Assembly (NCBI GenBank): GCA_050015075.1
Contig: JBEKCB010000003.1
Coordinates: forward strand, 64,001 to 128,000
Origin: Candidatus Brocadiia bacterium
Lineage (GTDB): Bacteria > Planctomycetota > Brocadiia > CAIUPP01
DNA: 64,000 nucleotides
Direction of reading: 5' to 3'
This document shows positions 1 to 10,377 of the stretch, one piece after another; position 1 is the stretch's first letter, and every line of letters begins with the position of its first letter. Both the position numbers and the translations under genes were made by a program. The notes beneath the pieces were generated by a model, which saw only the letters and a list, made by a program, of their open reading frames with translations, did no database searches and was not told the DNA's origin.

Positions 1-192
1 CGCAACGAGACCGTCACGATCCTCCACCGCGGCCGGCGGAAGGGCATCCTGTATCCCGCAGGAAACGCGGAGCGGAAGAAACTTCGCATCGCCGAGAGCG
101 CAGCCTTCGGCATGTGGAAGAACCGCAAGGACCTGAAGGACGTTTACGCGGCCGTACGCCGGGTCAGGAAAGGGCGCGTCCATGATCTTTGA
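1..192 (+). CDS. Phd/YefM-like antitoxin (5' truncated by window edge)
   Basis: Frame 1 is open from base 1 (RNETVTILHRGRRKGIL...AFGMWKNRKDLKDV...RKGRVHDL*) with TGA at 190-192, overlapping the PIN gene start. Confidence 0.7.
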   Translation, partial: RNETVTILHRGRRKGILYPAGNAERKKLRIAESAAFGMWKNRKDLKDVYAAVRRVRKGRVHDL

Positions 193-559
193 CACGGACG
201 TGCTCATCTGGGTGTTCCGAGGGAACCCCAGGTCCGCCGCGCTCGTGGAGGAGACGGAGGAACGATTCCTGTCCGTCGTCAGTTACCTGGAGCTTCTCCA
301 GGGCGCGCGCGACAAAGTCGAGGTGCGGGCGATCAAGGCATTCCTGGCGGATGCCGGCTTCCAGATGACGCCGCTCTCCGAGAACATCGGCCATCGGGCC
401 TCGATCTACATGGAGGAGTTCGGCCTCAAGACGGGCATGAAGCTGGGCGATGCGCTGCTGGCGGCCACAGCCGTGGAAAACCACTTGACGCTCTGCACCG
501 CCAACCGCCGGCACTACCGGCCCATCTCCGAACTGGAATTGATGATTTTTCAGCCGTGA
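182..559 (+). CDS. vapC: PIN-domain (VapC-type) toxin
   Basis: MIFDTDVLI, ELLQG, DALLAATA and TANRRHY PIN motifs; 125 aa. Confidence 0.9.
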   Translation: MIFDTDVLIWVFRGNPRSAALVEETEERFLSVVSYLELLQGARDKVEVRAIKAFLADAGFQMTPLSENIGHRASIYMEEFGLKTGMKLGDALLAATAVENHLTLCTANRRHYRPISELELMIFQP

Positions 560-591
560 GACGCTCGGACTGCCTCGCGCCGCAAAGAACG

Positions 592-1863
592 TCACTCCGT
601 GATCTTCATCCGGGCGCCGCAGCGGGTCATCAGGTCCACGAAGCTCGGGAAGGTGATGCTGACGGCCTCGGCGGTGTCCACCTCGACGGGCTTTTCCGAC
701 GCAAGCCCCGCGATGGCGCAGGCCATGACGACGCGATGGTCGGCGTGACCGGGCGCTTTTCCGCCGCGCAGTCCCACGCCGTGGACCACCAGCCCATCCG
801 GCAGTTCCTCCGCCTTTCCGCCGAGCGCGTTGACGACCTCGCGCATGACGCGGATGCGGTCAGTCTCCTTGATGCGCGCCTGCGGGACGTTGAGCAGCTT
901 CGTCGTCCCTTTGGCGAAGCAGGCGGTGATCGCAAGCGCCGGCAGCGCGTCGGGCGTGGCGTTGAGGTCCAGCTCGACGCCCTTCAAGCCGCGGCCGCAA
1001 ATCCGGACGGCGCCGGGCAGCGCCTGCGTCTCCGCACCCATCTTGCGGAGCATGTTCACCACCTCCTTGTCGCCCTGGGCGTCGTCCATGTCCAGGCCGC
1101 GCAGAGTGATCTCCGACCCGGTGAGCGCGGCGGCGCAGAGGAAGAAAGTCGCCGAGGAGAAGTCGCCCTGGATGCGCCCCTCGAACGCGGAGTATTCCTG
1201 CCCGCCGGGGATGGTGAACTCGCGCAGGTTCCGGTGCGTAACCTGCACGTTGAGTTTGCGCAGCCAGTCGAGCGTCATGAGGACATACGGCTCCTCGTTG
1301 AGCTGCGTCGCGACGATCGTCGAATCCAGCCGGGCGAGCGGCGCGGCGATGAGCAGGCTCGTGAGGTACTGCGAAGTGGGGCACGCGAGGCTGGCCTGCC
1401 CGCCCTGCAGCGGGCCGTGGACGAGGATCGGCGCGCAGCCGTTGCTAAGCATACTCTCGACGCGCGCGCCAAGCGCGTTCAGGGCCGCGATCAGGTTCTG
1501 CGCGGTGCGGCGGCGGGTCTGGTGGTCGCCGGTGAGCACGTTCCACCCGTCCACCAGCGCGGCCATCCCGAGCGCGATGTAGAGCGTGGTGCCGGAGTTC
1601 TGGACGTCAATGACGTTTTCGGCGACGCGAAGCCGTCCGGCGGCGCCTTGGACGGTCCAGGTTTCTCCATCGGCGTGGATTTCCGCGCCGAGCGCGCGAC
1701 AGGCGCCCACGCAGGAGCGCGTGTCGGCGGAATCGAGCGGATTGGAGATAACGCTTTTCCCGCGGGCGAGCGTCGCCAGGGTCAGCGCGCGGATCGTGTG
1801 CGACTTGGAGGCCGGGACGGCGACTTCGCCGGAGAGGACGGATTTTTCAGCAGAGAGGATCAC
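592..1863 (-). CDS. aroA: 3-phosphoshikimate 1-carboxyvinyltransferase (EPSP synthase)
   Basis: PASKSH, NSGTT, SQY, KETDRI and DHRVVMA motifs. Confidence 0.95.
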   Translation of the reverse strand: MILSAEKSVLSGEVAVPASKSHTIRALTLATLARGKSVISNPLDSADTRSCVGACRALGAEIHADGETWTVQGAAGRLRVAENVIDVQNSGTTLYIALGMAALVDGWNVLTGDHQTRRRTAQNLIAALNALGARVESMLSNGCAPILVHGPLQGGQASLACPTSQYLTSLLIAAPLARLDSTIVATQLNEEPYVLMTLDWLRKLNVQVTHRNLREFTIPGGQEYSAFEGRIQGDFSSATFFLCAAALTGSEITLRGLDMDDAQGDKEVVNMLRKMGAETQALPGAVRICGRGLKGVELDLNATPDALPALAITACFAKGTTKLLNVPQARIKETDRIRVMREVVNALGGKAEELPDGLVVHGVGLRGGKAPGHADHRVVMACAIAGLASEKPVEVDTAEAVSITFPSFVDLMTRCGARMKITE

Positions 1864-1866
1864 GGT

Positions 1867-2316
1867 TCAGCCTCGCTTGACCAGCCGGTTCAGGGCGGAT
1901 TCAACCTGGCGCACGTCCACGTCGGTGTCCTTGCAGGGGCCGTGAGGCCAGGAATTCAGGATGCCGATCACGCGTTTCGGGAACGCGGCGCGGATTCCCT
2001 CGGAGAGTTCCTTGCTGCACGCGATCGCGAGGATGACGCGGACCTCCGGCGCTCGGGCGCGTTCGAGCGCTTCGCGTCCGCCGGAGGCGACGTGCACCCG
2101 CACGCCGATGCGTTCCGCCAAGGCGCGCAGGTCCTTCATCTTGCATCGGCCGCAGCCCTTGCAGTTGCGGATCGCCTCTCGCACCGGCTCCTTGCAGGCC
2201 TGGTGCTGAAGGCAGTGGGGCAGCAGAACCAGCACGTTCTCCGGCGGATACCGCCGCGAGGAGGTGCGGTTGCGAAGGCGATTGATCCAGATGACGGCAT
2301 TCTGCAGCGCGGGCAT
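1867..2316 (-). CDS. DUF116-family Cys-rich protein
   Basis: LLPHCLQ, CKGCGRC, AIAC..EL..G and GPCKDT patterns. Confidence 0.8.
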   Translation of the reverse strand: MPALQNAVIWINRLRNRTSSRRYPPENVLVLLPHCLQHQACKEPVREAIRNCKGCGRCKMKDLRALAERIGVRVHVASGGREALERARAPEVRVILAIACSKELSEGIRAAFPKRVIGILNSWPHGPCKDTDVDVRQVESALNRLVKRG

Positions 2317-2405
2317 GAGACCTGCTCCGGTTCAGGAATTTAAATAAGTTACCAGCTTTTCGGGAAGATTCCAAGAGTGCCGCGCGCGGCGCGCCGTCTG
2401 CCCGG

Positions 2406-5400
2406 CTACTTCGCCGTCGTTCCGGCCGCCTGAGGCGGGATGACCGGCTCCGCCGCGCCGAAGACGTAGGCGCAGAAATCATCCCAGGAGAACCGCAGGT
2501 CCTCCTCGGCGCTTGAGGGGCTGCCGTGCACCAGTTTCTCGAGGCTTTCGATGAGCCCGGAAGCCTGGCCCGTGAAGTTCGCCTCGCCGGTAGCCGCGTG
2601 CAGGTCGCGCAGCAGGCCGATCGAGCGGAGATCCTGCGCCGGGGCGGCTTTCAGCCTTGCGCCGAGGTCGTGCAGATACGCGGCTACGCGCGCGTCGCCG
2701 GTGGCGCGCAGATAGTCGCGCAATCCCGGAATCCACTGGCCGGTCTCCTGGGGATCCTCGGGCATGCGGAACAGGTAATCGGCACACTCGCCCGCGCGCT
2801 CGACCAGCACGGGGTCGTACCTCAGCGAAAGGAGTTCCACGAGGTTGTCCAGATACGCCATACCGTCGGCGCCGCAGGTGGCGGGCCCGTAGCTCTTCGC
2901 CGCCTCCGCCCAGAGGAGCGCGGCGTCGCGGGCGACGAGGTCGCCGCTGAGGTAGTATGCCAGCAGCGGCCCGAGAAGGCGCGCGTGGCGGTCGCTGACG
3001 CAGCAGGTGCTCTGCCAGTGCACGGGAGTCTTGTAATCCCCGAAGGCGCCGGCGATCTTGCGCCGGCGCGGATCGGCCAGCGCGGCGAGCGACGGCGTGG
3101 AATCATTGCACAGGTCCGTCGCGAGCACGTGCCGGAGGTTCCTCTGGGCGGCGATGAAGATGTCCGGCCGGCCGGTCTGCAGATAAAGCAGCCAGAGCGC
3201 GCCGGGCAGGTCTTCGCTGGCGCCCATCCAGTAGTTGCGCAGGCCCCAGCGTTGCTCCTCCGGCAGCCAATGGCGGCGCACGTCCATGAAGTTGAAGTCG
3301 CCGTCGGCGGGCGAGCGGTTCTCCATGGCGAGCAGGCGCGTGAGCATCGTGGCGGCGCGCTCGGTGCGCGACGGAGACAACATTTCCTGCAGCACGCCCG
3401 ACACGGCCAGGCTTTGGGCGTCCTGCACGGCGCAGGGGCACAGCTCGAAGGCGCGGGCGATCCCGCTGACCTCAAGCGGGTCCAGCGGACCCTTCACGAA
3501 CGTGTAGAGCATGTCGTAGGTCAACGCGATGCCGGCGGGATCGGAAACATCCATATTGCGGACCGCGTCGAAATCAAAAAGCCCGTTGCGGTCTTTCAAG
3601 CCGGAGGCGTAGGCGGCCGGCACACTCAGGTCCAGCAGGCACCCCGTCGTGGCGAAGCCGAGCTCGCCGACCGTCCTGCGGTCCACGTCCACCTTCAGGC
3701 CGCGCAGTCTTTCGTCTCCGTGGGGCGGCCAGAAATGGACGATGACGCGGCTTTCCGGCGTCACCTCGATTTCCTTCGGGTGGAGTTCGTCCATATCGCG
3801 CAGGTCCAAGGCGAAGCCGCGGTCCGGCGCGACTCCGGCGGCCCAGTTCTGCGCGTGGGCCGGATGGAGGTCCACCGTCGGCGGCTGCGTGAGGTTCCGA
3901 AGGAGAATGGTGTCCGGCGTGAGCTTCTGCAGATAGACCGCGCCGGTCTCCCGGATGGACTTGCGGAAAATCTCCGGGGTTCCGAAGACGGCATCGAAGC
4001 CGGTGTGGAAGTCCATGCGCTCCGTGATGCCGATGTCGCTCGGCTGACTGTGCCAGGTGCGCTCATTGAAGATGAAACTGCACTGCACGCGAAGAAACGG
4101 CTGTCCCAGGTACGCCGTAATGCGCAGCGAGCAGCGCCCGACGTCCTTCGTCCCGGGCCGGTCGGCGGCCAGGAGCCGGCCTTCCACGCGCAGCACCAGG
4201 CGCAGCTCGTTGTACTCTTCCAGTTCCACCCGTACCTTCGGATCATTGGCCAGGCGGTACACGGTGCCGTACGAATCCACCAGGTACGGGCCGGAGCCGC
4301 CGACCTCGGAGTTCAGAATCTGCCCGTTCGAGCCATAGTGGCCGTTGCCCGTCACGTCCACCCAGGTGTTTTCGATGCCGGAGAAGTGCTTATAGTTGAC
4401 GTTGAAGTACAGCGCGCCGGTGTTCACCCACCAGGCGTCGCCCGTGTCCGTGACCCAGGCGTCGGCGACCGCGTCGGAGCGCATGCCTTCGATGCTCCGG
4501 GTGAAGCCCCTGATGGCCGCGGTGGTCACCTCCGGCCCGTACTCGAGCGTGTAACGCTCGCCGCCCTTGCGCGCGATGTTGGCGCGGAAATCCAGCCCCA
4601 GCCAGCGGATGCTGCCGTCGGTCGGCCAGCGGGCGCGCACCTGCGCGCAACAGGGGACTTCATCGCCGTCCGGTCCGAGCAACCGGACGTTGCCCGGCGA
4701 ATAGATCGCTCCCATGGGAAGCGCCACGCCCGCGGTCATGGGCCATGAAGCGGCGGCTTTTGCTTTGACCGGAAGAGGCTGGACGAGGACGTTGAGCTTG
4801 CCGGCCCGTCGCGGATTCGCCGGAGCCGCAGGCTTCTTCACGGCGGCTTCCGCGCGTTCCAGGACTGTCCCTTCCTTGTCCAGCAGGTCCGCATGGAGCG
4901 CGAAATCGCCCGGCGGGAGACCGGCGACGTTCAGGACGAGGCTGACGCGCTCTCCACGGACGGGGAAGACCGCCGGAGTCGGGACGAATTTTTCCTGCGC
5001 CTCGTCGTTCGCCTCCAGGCGGACCCGCAGGTTGGTTTTGGCCAGGTCCGTGGAGCCCGGCTCGATGCGCACGACGGCGCGGAGCGTCTTATCGGGCGCG
5101 CCGACGGCCGCGTCCAGCACATAGAGCGTCAGGCGCGGAGCGACGACCTTCTGGTCGTACGCGGCGCGCTCCCCGAAAAATAACGTGCCCCAGACGGCGG
5201 GATTCGCGCGGTTGCCCATCGTGCTCGCCCAGGAGCAGCGCTCGCCGGTGACGGCGATATCGCGGCAGAAATTGACCCTCCACGACGCGCCCCGCGGCAG
5301 CTCCTTCACGCCGAGGCTCGCGAGCGGAATCGCCAGTTCGGCGTTCCAGCCTTCCGCCGTGCGCGAAGTCTGCACATCCCAGTCCGGCGACCATTGGACG

Positions 5401-5918
5401 CCCTCGCGCAGGCTCTTCTGGTATCGCGAGCCGTTCGGATCCACCGCAAAAAGGAAGAAATCATTCTCCCGCGCCGGGATCGAGATCCACACCTGCACGT
5501 TCTCCTCGCTCCAGACGCCTTTCAGCGGCTGCTTGAGCAGCGGCACTTGCGCGATGGCTGGCTCATGGCAGTCGAAAGCGATGTAAAGGTTCTTCTCGTC
5601 GCGGCAGACGCGCACACTGGTCGCGCGCGAGGGAATTCCGTCGGGCATGTCGGACTCGATGGCCTCCGCCGCGCAGCGGGTCCAGCACTCGTCGGTCAAC
5701 GTCCCGTCCACTGTCGGCGGCTTCACGATCGGGGCGACGGCGACTCGATGCTGCGCAGTCGGGATATGGGAGAATTTACGGTCGAGGACGAACAGCGAGG
5801 CGGTTTGCGCCGGAGCAACGGGAATGTGCAGGATCGCGGACACGGCCAGCGCAGCGCAGATCAGGATGGGCGTGCTGCTGCGCCCCATGCGCGCACGCTT
5901 GGTTTCCCCCACCCGCAT
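2406..5918 (-). CDS. Large secreted carbohydrate-active protein: CBM9-like domain plus PcRGLX/YetA-like (rhamnogalacturonan lyase-like) region
   Basis: Signal peptide; PTVDGTLTDECW/WNAELAIPLASLG (CBM9-like); PMTAGVALPMG...ARWPTDGSIRWL N-terminal module; GGAGGAG RBS before ATG 5918. Confidence 0.65.
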   Translation of the reverse strand: MRVGETKRARMGRSSTPILICAALAVSAILHIPVAPAQTASLFVLDRKFSHIPTAQHRVAVAPIVKPPTVDGTLTDECWTRCAAEAIESDMPDGIPSRATSVRVCRDEKNLYIAFDCHEPAIAQVPLLKQPLKGVWSEENVQVWISIPARENDFFLFAVDPNGSRYQKSLREGVQWSPDWDVQTSRTAEGWNAELAIPLASLGVKELPRGASWRVNFCRDIAVTGERCSWASTMGNRANPAVWGTLFFGERAAYDQKVVAPRLTLYVLDAAVGAPDKTLRAVVRIEPGSTDLAKTNLRVRLEANDEAQEKFVPTPAVFPVRGERVSLVLNVAGLPPGDFALHADLLDKEGTVLERAEAAVKKPAAPANPRRAGKLNVLVQPLPVKAKAAASWPMTAGVALPMGAIYSPGNVRLLGPDGDEVPCCAQVRARWPTDGSIRWLGLDFRANIARKGGERYTLEYGPEVTTAAIRGFTRSIEGMRSDAVADAWVTDTGDAWWVNTGALYFNVNYKHFSGIENTWVDVTGNGHYGSNGQILNSEVGGSGPYLVDSYGTVYRLANDPKVRVELEEYNELRLVLRVEGRLLAADRPGTKDVGRCSLRITAYLGQPFLRVQCSFIFNERTWHSQPSDIGITERMDFHTGFDAVFGTPEIFRKSIRETGAVYLQKLTPDTILLRNLTQPPTVDLHPAHAQNWAAGVAPDRGFALDLRDMDELHPKEIEVTPESRVIVHFWPPHGDERLRGLKVDVDRRTVGELGFATTGCLLDLSVPAAYASGLKDRNGLFDFDAVRNMDVSDPAGIALTYDMLYTFVKGPLDPLEVSGIARAFELCPCAVQDAQSLAVSGVLQEMLSPSRTERAATMLTRLLAMENRSPADGDFNFMDVRRHWLPEEQRWGLRNYWMGASEDLPGALWLLYLQTGRPDIFIAAQRNLRHVLATDLCNDSTPSLAALADPRRRKIAGAFGDYKTPVHWQSTCCVSDRHARLLGPLLAYYLSGDLVARDAALLWAEAAKSYGPATCGADGMAYLDNLVELLSLRYDPVLVERAGECADYLFRMPEDPQETGQWIPGLRDYLRATGDARVAAYLHDLGARLKAAPAQDLRSIGLLRDLHAATGEANFTGQASGLIESLEKLVHGSPSSAEEDLRFSWDDFCAYVFGAAEPVIPPQAAGTTAK

Positions 5919-6029
5919 GGCCGGTCGCTCCTCCTGCAAGCACATCAACTAATACAGCTTGCGACGGCCGGTGTCAAGCATTTTATCGCGTCGCCATACG
6001 GCCCAGTTCCGCAGGCGCGCGGCGGACCG

Positions 6030-7334
6030 TCAGGGATTCTCGGCGGGAAGGGTTTGCGGAACGCGCCGGATGACGCCGCCCATTTTCCGGATGGCGCCGA
6101 AGTGCCTCGGGGCGATCCGCACGGACATCCGCACCACCTCTTCGCCGTAATGGCGCGAAAGCACCTCCGCGTGCTCGGCGAGGAACGCCTGCAGCTTGCC
6201 CGCGCCTGGCGGCATCGTCAGGGCGACCTGGACCGCGTTCCGATCGAGGATGGCGCGGATGCGCACGCAGAGAGCCTCGATGCCCGCTCCGGTGGCCGCG
6301 GAGATCATCACCGCGCCGTCGAATCGGCGCCGCAGCACCGGCAGGTGGGCCTCTTCCTCGATCAGGTCCACCTTGTTGCCGACGCAGAGGATCGCATGGT
6401 CTGCGCAGCCGATCTGGCGCAGCACGTCCATTACCGCATCCATCTGCTGTTCCGCCTGGGGCGAGCTGACATCCACCACGTGCAGCAGCAGGTCGGCCTG
6501 GCGCGCCTCCTCGAGCGTGGCATGGAACGAGGCGACCAGTTGGTGCGGCAGGTGGCGGATGAAGCCGACGGTGTCGCTCAGCAGGATCTTGCGGCCCTCG
6601 CCGAGGTCGCACGCGCGGGTGCGCGTGTCGAGCGTGGAGAAAAGTTTGTCGTCGGCGAGGACGCCGGCGCCGGTGAGGGCGTTCATCAGGGTGGACTTGC
6701 CGGCGTTCGTGTAGCCGACGAGGCAGGCGGTGATCTCGTCGTTGCGCGAGGCCGCCTCGAGCGCGCGCCGCCGGCCGGTGTGCTCGATGCGGCGCTTCAG
6801 GTCCTCGATGCGCCGGCGGACCAGGCGGCGGTCGGTCTCGATCTGGCGCTCGCCGGGCCCGCGCATGCCGATGCCGCCCTCGACGCGTTCGAGATGCGTC
6901 CACATGCGCCGCAGCCGCGGGAAGGCGTACTCGAGCTGCGCCAGTTCCACCTGGTCGCACGCCTCGGCGGTGCGCGCGCCGCGCGCGAAGATATCGAGGA
7001 TCAGCTCCGTGCGGTCAATGACCTTCCGGTCGGTGATCTCTTCCAGGTTGCGGACCTGGGCCGCGCTGAGGTCCACGTCCATGATGACGACGTCGACGTT
7101 CTGGACGCGGCAGAGTTCGGCCAGCTCCTCGACCTTGCCCTTGCCGAGGTACGTGGCGCCGTCGGGCAGGCGGCGATGCTGGACCATTTCGGCGACGATG
7201 ACCGCGTGGGCCGTCGCGGCGAGGCGGCGTATTTCTTCGAGCGATTCCCGCGCGACCGTGGCGCTCTCGGTCGAAGCGCCCACCAGCACGGCCCGCTCGG
7301 CCGCCACGGCCAGTTCGGTGCGTTTCAGTTCCAC
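6030..7334 (-). CDS. hflX: GTPase HflX
   Basis: GPGERQIETDRR, GYTNAGKSTL, LSDTVGFI and NKVD motifs. Confidence 0.95.
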   Translation of the reverse strand: MELKRTELAVAAERAVLVGASTESATVARESLEEIRRLAATAHAVIVAEMVQHRRLPDGATYLGKGKVEELAELCRVQNVDVVIMDVDLSAAQVRNLEEITDRKVIDRTELILDIFARGARTAEACDQVELAQLEYAFPRLRRMWTHLERVEGGIGMRGPGERQIETDRRLVRRRIEDLKRRIEHTGRRRALEAASRNDEITACLVGYTNAGKSTLMNALTGAGVLADDKLFSTLDTRTRACDLGEGRKILLSDTVGFIRHLPHQLVASFHATLEEARQADLLLHVVDVSSPQAEQQMDAVMDVLRQIGCADHAILCVGNKVDLIEEEAHLPVLRRRFDGAVMISAATGAGIEALCVRIRAILDRNAVQVALTMPPGAGKLQAFLAEHAEVLSRHYGEEVVRMSVRIAPRHFGAIRKMGGVIRRVPQTLPAENP

Positions 7335-7448
7335 GTCGCTTGCGGGCGAACCTCCATGTCTTGCTTCAACGCGTTGTGGCGCTGCGTCTTACGACGACAT
7401 GACGACGCGTCCCCTCGGCGCCGTCTTTCCGCTGCGCTTGCACATTTC

Positions 7449-7478
7449 ACTATAACAAGCGCAGGCTCCGCGCGTCAA
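7449..7478 (-). promoter_or_regulatory. Putative sigma70 promoter of hflX
   Basis: TTGACG-N18-TATAGT with TG extension on the minus strand. Confidence 0.5.
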
Positions 7479-7496
7479 CCGCCTGAAGCCGGACAC

Positions 7497-8981
7497 TCAC
7501 GACTGTGGCTTCACTTCCCACCCGCCGCCGAGCGCCTTGTAGAGGGAGATCAGGTCCGTGGCGATGGCCAGGTTGCTCTGCGCGAGCGCGTCCTGAGAGG
7601 ACAGCAGCGCCTGTTCCGCCACGATCACGTTGAGAAAATCGGTCAGCCCCTGCTTGTAAAGTTGCGTGGCCAGGTCCACCGACTTGGTGTTGGCTTTGAC
7701 GGCCTGGTCGAGCAACTGACGATGCTGCTGCTCCAGCGCAAACGCCACCAGCGAGTTTTCCACATCCTGCAGCGCACCCAACACGGCCTTCTGGTAAGCC
7801 AGGAACGCCTGTTCCTGCAGGGCCTTCTGCACCTCGACGTTCGCCTCGATGCGGCCGGCGGTGAAGATCGGCCACGTGACCGATGGCCCCAGCGACCAGA
7901 GCGAGTTGCCGGAGCGGAGCAGCGAGCGGGCCCGGTCGCTTTCGTAGCCGAACGCGCCGGTCAGCGAGAACTGCGGGTACCACGCGGAGACGGCGACGCC
8001 GATCTGCGCGGTGGCGGCGTGGACCAACTCCTCGCTCTGGCGGACGTCCGGCCGGCGCTCGAGCAGGGCCGAGGGCAGCCCGACGGGCACTTGCGCCGGC
8101 GCCTGCGGGATCGGCCCGGGCACGGAGAGTTCCTCCTTGAGCGCCGCCGGCGGCCGCGCGAGGAGCACGCTCAATGCGTAGATGGTCTGCCGCTCGCTGG
8201 TCTCCAGGGGCGGAATCGTCGCCTCGGTGGTGGCCACGAGCGCGTCGGCATTGGCCACGTCGAGGTTGGTGGCCAGCCCGCCCTGGAACTTCTGGTGGGT
8301 CAACTCGGCGGTGTTCTTTTGCGCCTTGAGATTGTCGTTGGCGATCTGGATGCGCTGCTGGAAGGCGCGCAGGTCCGCGTAGTCGGTCGCCACCTCCGCG
8401 ATCACAGTGATCTGCACGTCGCGCAGGTTCCAGACGGCGGCGTCAATGTTGGCGTCGGCGGACTCGATATTGCGGCGGACGCCGCCGAAAATATCCAGTT
8501 CCCACGTGGCGTCGAGGCCGGCCTGGAACAAGTCCCCCGCGCGGCCGGTGCCGCCGGCGCCGCGGCCGGTGGCGCTGCGCGTGTACGATCCGGTGCCGTT
8601 CACCGTCGGCCAGAAGGCCGACGCCGTCACGTTGCGCGTCGCCCGCGCCTGCCACAGCGCCGCTACGGCCGTGCGCAGGTCCAGGTTCGCCTTGAGCGCG
8701 TCACCCACCAGTTGAGTCAGCTTCGGATCTTTCAGGACGGCCCACCATTCGATGAGCTGGGGCGTCTCGGTCGTCGCGATGCTCGTCTGGGCGGGCGCGG
8801 CCACGGTGGTGCCGTCCCAGCCGGCGGGGAGTTCCGTCTCCGTCTTCGTCGGGTGAAAGTCCGGCCCGACCGTGCAGCCGGCGATGAGCAGCGCCGGCGC
8901 GCCGAGGAGGCCCGCGGAGAGCCAGGTGCAGCGGCGCAGTTTGTGCAGAATTCGCGCGGCCATGATTCCCATAACTTCCAT
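7497..8981 (-). CDS. Outer-membrane efflux lipoprotein (NodT/OprM family)
   Basis: Lipobox LIAGC, WELDIFG, LLERRPDV and LYKALGGGW motifs; start codon uncertain (8981/8972/8963). Confidence 0.9.
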   Translation of the reverse strand: MEVMGIMAARILHKLRRCTWLSAGLLGAPALLIAGCTVGPDFHPTKTETELPAGWDGTTVAAPAQTSIATTETPQLIEWWAVLKDPKLTQLVGDALKANLDLRTAVAALWQARATRNVTASAFWPTVNGTGSYTRSATGRGAGGTGRAGDLFQAGLDATWELDIFGGVRRNIESADANIDAAVWNLRDVQITVIAEVATDYADLRAFQQRIQIANDNLKAQKNTAELTHQKFQGGLATNLDVANADALVATTEATIPPLETSERQTIYALSVLLARPPAALKEELSVPGPIPQAPAQVPVGLPSALLERRPDVRQSEELVHAATAQIGVAVSAWYPQFSLTGAFGYESDRARSLLRSGNSLWSLGPSVTWPIFTAGRIEANVEVQKALQEQAFLAYQKAVLGALQDVENSLVAFALEQQHRQLLDQAVKANTKSVDLATQLYKQGLTDFLNVIVAEQALLSSQDALAQSNLAIATDLISLYKALGGGWEVKPQS

Positions 8982-9000
8982 TCCTCTCAGTCCAGGTTGC

Positions 9001-10377
9001 TCACTCGTAGCGCAGCGCGTCAATCGGATCGAGGCGCGAGGCTCTCCACGCCGGGTAGAACCCGAAGGAGACGCCGACGCTGACGGACACGAAAACCGCC
9101 GCGATGATTGCGGCGACGGAGAGTTCGGTCGGCCAGTGCAGGAGCTTGGTCACCATGTACGAACTGCCCAATCCCATCCCGATGCCGACCAGGCCGCCGC
9201 TGAAGCACAGGAGGATCGCCTCGGTGAGGAACTGCCAGAGGATATCGCGCGGGCGGGCGCCGACGGCCATGCGCAGGCCGATCTCGCGGGTTCGCTCGGT
9301 GACGGAGACCAGCATGATATTCATGATCCCCACGCCGCCCACGACGAGCGAAATCAGCGCCACGCACAACAGCAGCGTGCCCATCAGCGTGGTCGTGGAG
9401 CTCAGTGCCTTGGTGATCTCGGTCATGTCGCGGATTCGGAAATCGTCCGGGTCGTCCATCTTGACGCGGTGCCGCTCGCGCAGGAGGCCGGTGATCTGGC
9501 TGATCGCCTGCGGTATGGCGTCCGAGCTCTGGGCCGCGACCAGGATCTGGCTCAGATTGATGAAGCGCACGGACAGGGGCGTGTCGGCGGCCTCCGAGGC
9601 CGAGGGCGCCGGGTACAGCGCGTCGGTCTCCACGCCGGCCGAGGTCGGGTAGATCTGGTCGAGCGTGCTGGTGGTGGTGATCGTGGTCGTCACGGTCGGG
9701 GCGTGGCTGGCGTTCGCGCCGGTCACGCGGAACTTGATCGAGGTCCAGGGCGCCAGCAGGATGTCGTCCTGGTCCCAGCCCATCATGTTGGCGCCCTTTT
9801 TCGAGAGGACGCCGACGACTTTGAACAAGACCGGTCCCACGCGGATCTCTTTGCCCACGGGCGACTGGTCCTGGAAGAGTTCGTGCACGAGCGTCTGCCC
9901 GACCAGGCAGACCTCGGCGGCGTTGCGGACGTCGGCGTCAGTGAAGCATTCGCCCTCGGACAGGTGCGACCAGTTGCGCACTTGGAGGAATTCGGGCGTA
10001 GTGCCGTACATCTGCTGCGGCTGCCAGTTCTGGTTGCCGTAAATGATCTGCGCGCCGGCCCAGACGATCGGCGCGGCGACGGTGATCGCGGGACACTCGC
10101 GGGCGATGGCATCGCAGTCGCCGGGCGTGAGGTTCATCGAGCTGCCGGCGCCCTGCCGGATGCCGGCGACGTTGGGCTGGCCGGGCATAACCAGCAGCGT
10201 GTTGGCGCCCATGTTCTCGATGATCTTCTTCATGGAGCTCGAGGAGCCCTTGCCGATCTCGACCATCGTGATCACCGCGGCGATGCCGATGACGATGCCG
10301 AGCGTCGTCAGCGCCGCGCGCATGATATTGCGGCTCAGGGCCTTGGTGGCCGTCCGGAAGGTATGTTGATGCCTCAT
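9001..10377 (-). CDS. MacB-type ABC transporter permease
   Basis: LTTLGIVIGIAAV, GGVGIMNIMLVSVTERTREIG and PIDALRYE motifs. Confidence 0.93.
   Translation of the reverse strand: MRHQHTFRTATKALSRNIMRAALTTLGIVIGIAAVITMVEIGKGSSSSMKKIIENMGANTLLVMPGQPNVAGIRQGAGSSMNLTPGDCDAIARECPAITVAAPIVWAGAQIIYGNQNWQPQQMYGTTPEFLQVRNWSHLSEGECFTDADVRNAAEVCLVGQTLVHELFQDQSPVGKEIRVGPVLFKVVGVLSKKGANMMGWDQDDILLAPWTSIKFRVTGANASHAPTVTTTITTTSTLDQIYPTSAGVETDALYPAPSASEAADTPLSVRFINLSQILVAAQSSDAIPQAISQITGLLRERHRVKMDDPDDFRIRDMTEITKALSSTTTLMGTLLLCVALISLVVGGVGIMNIMLVSVTERTREIGLRMAVGARPRDILWQFLTEAILLCFSGGLVGIGMGLGSSYMVTKLLHWPTELSVAAIIAAVFVSVSVGVSFGFYPAWRASRLDPIDALRYE

Noticed and set aside
1-559. Toxin-antitoxin pair as a marker of a prophage or defence island
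   Set aside because: It abuts housekeeping aroA, and no integrase, phage or other defence genes are visible in the window
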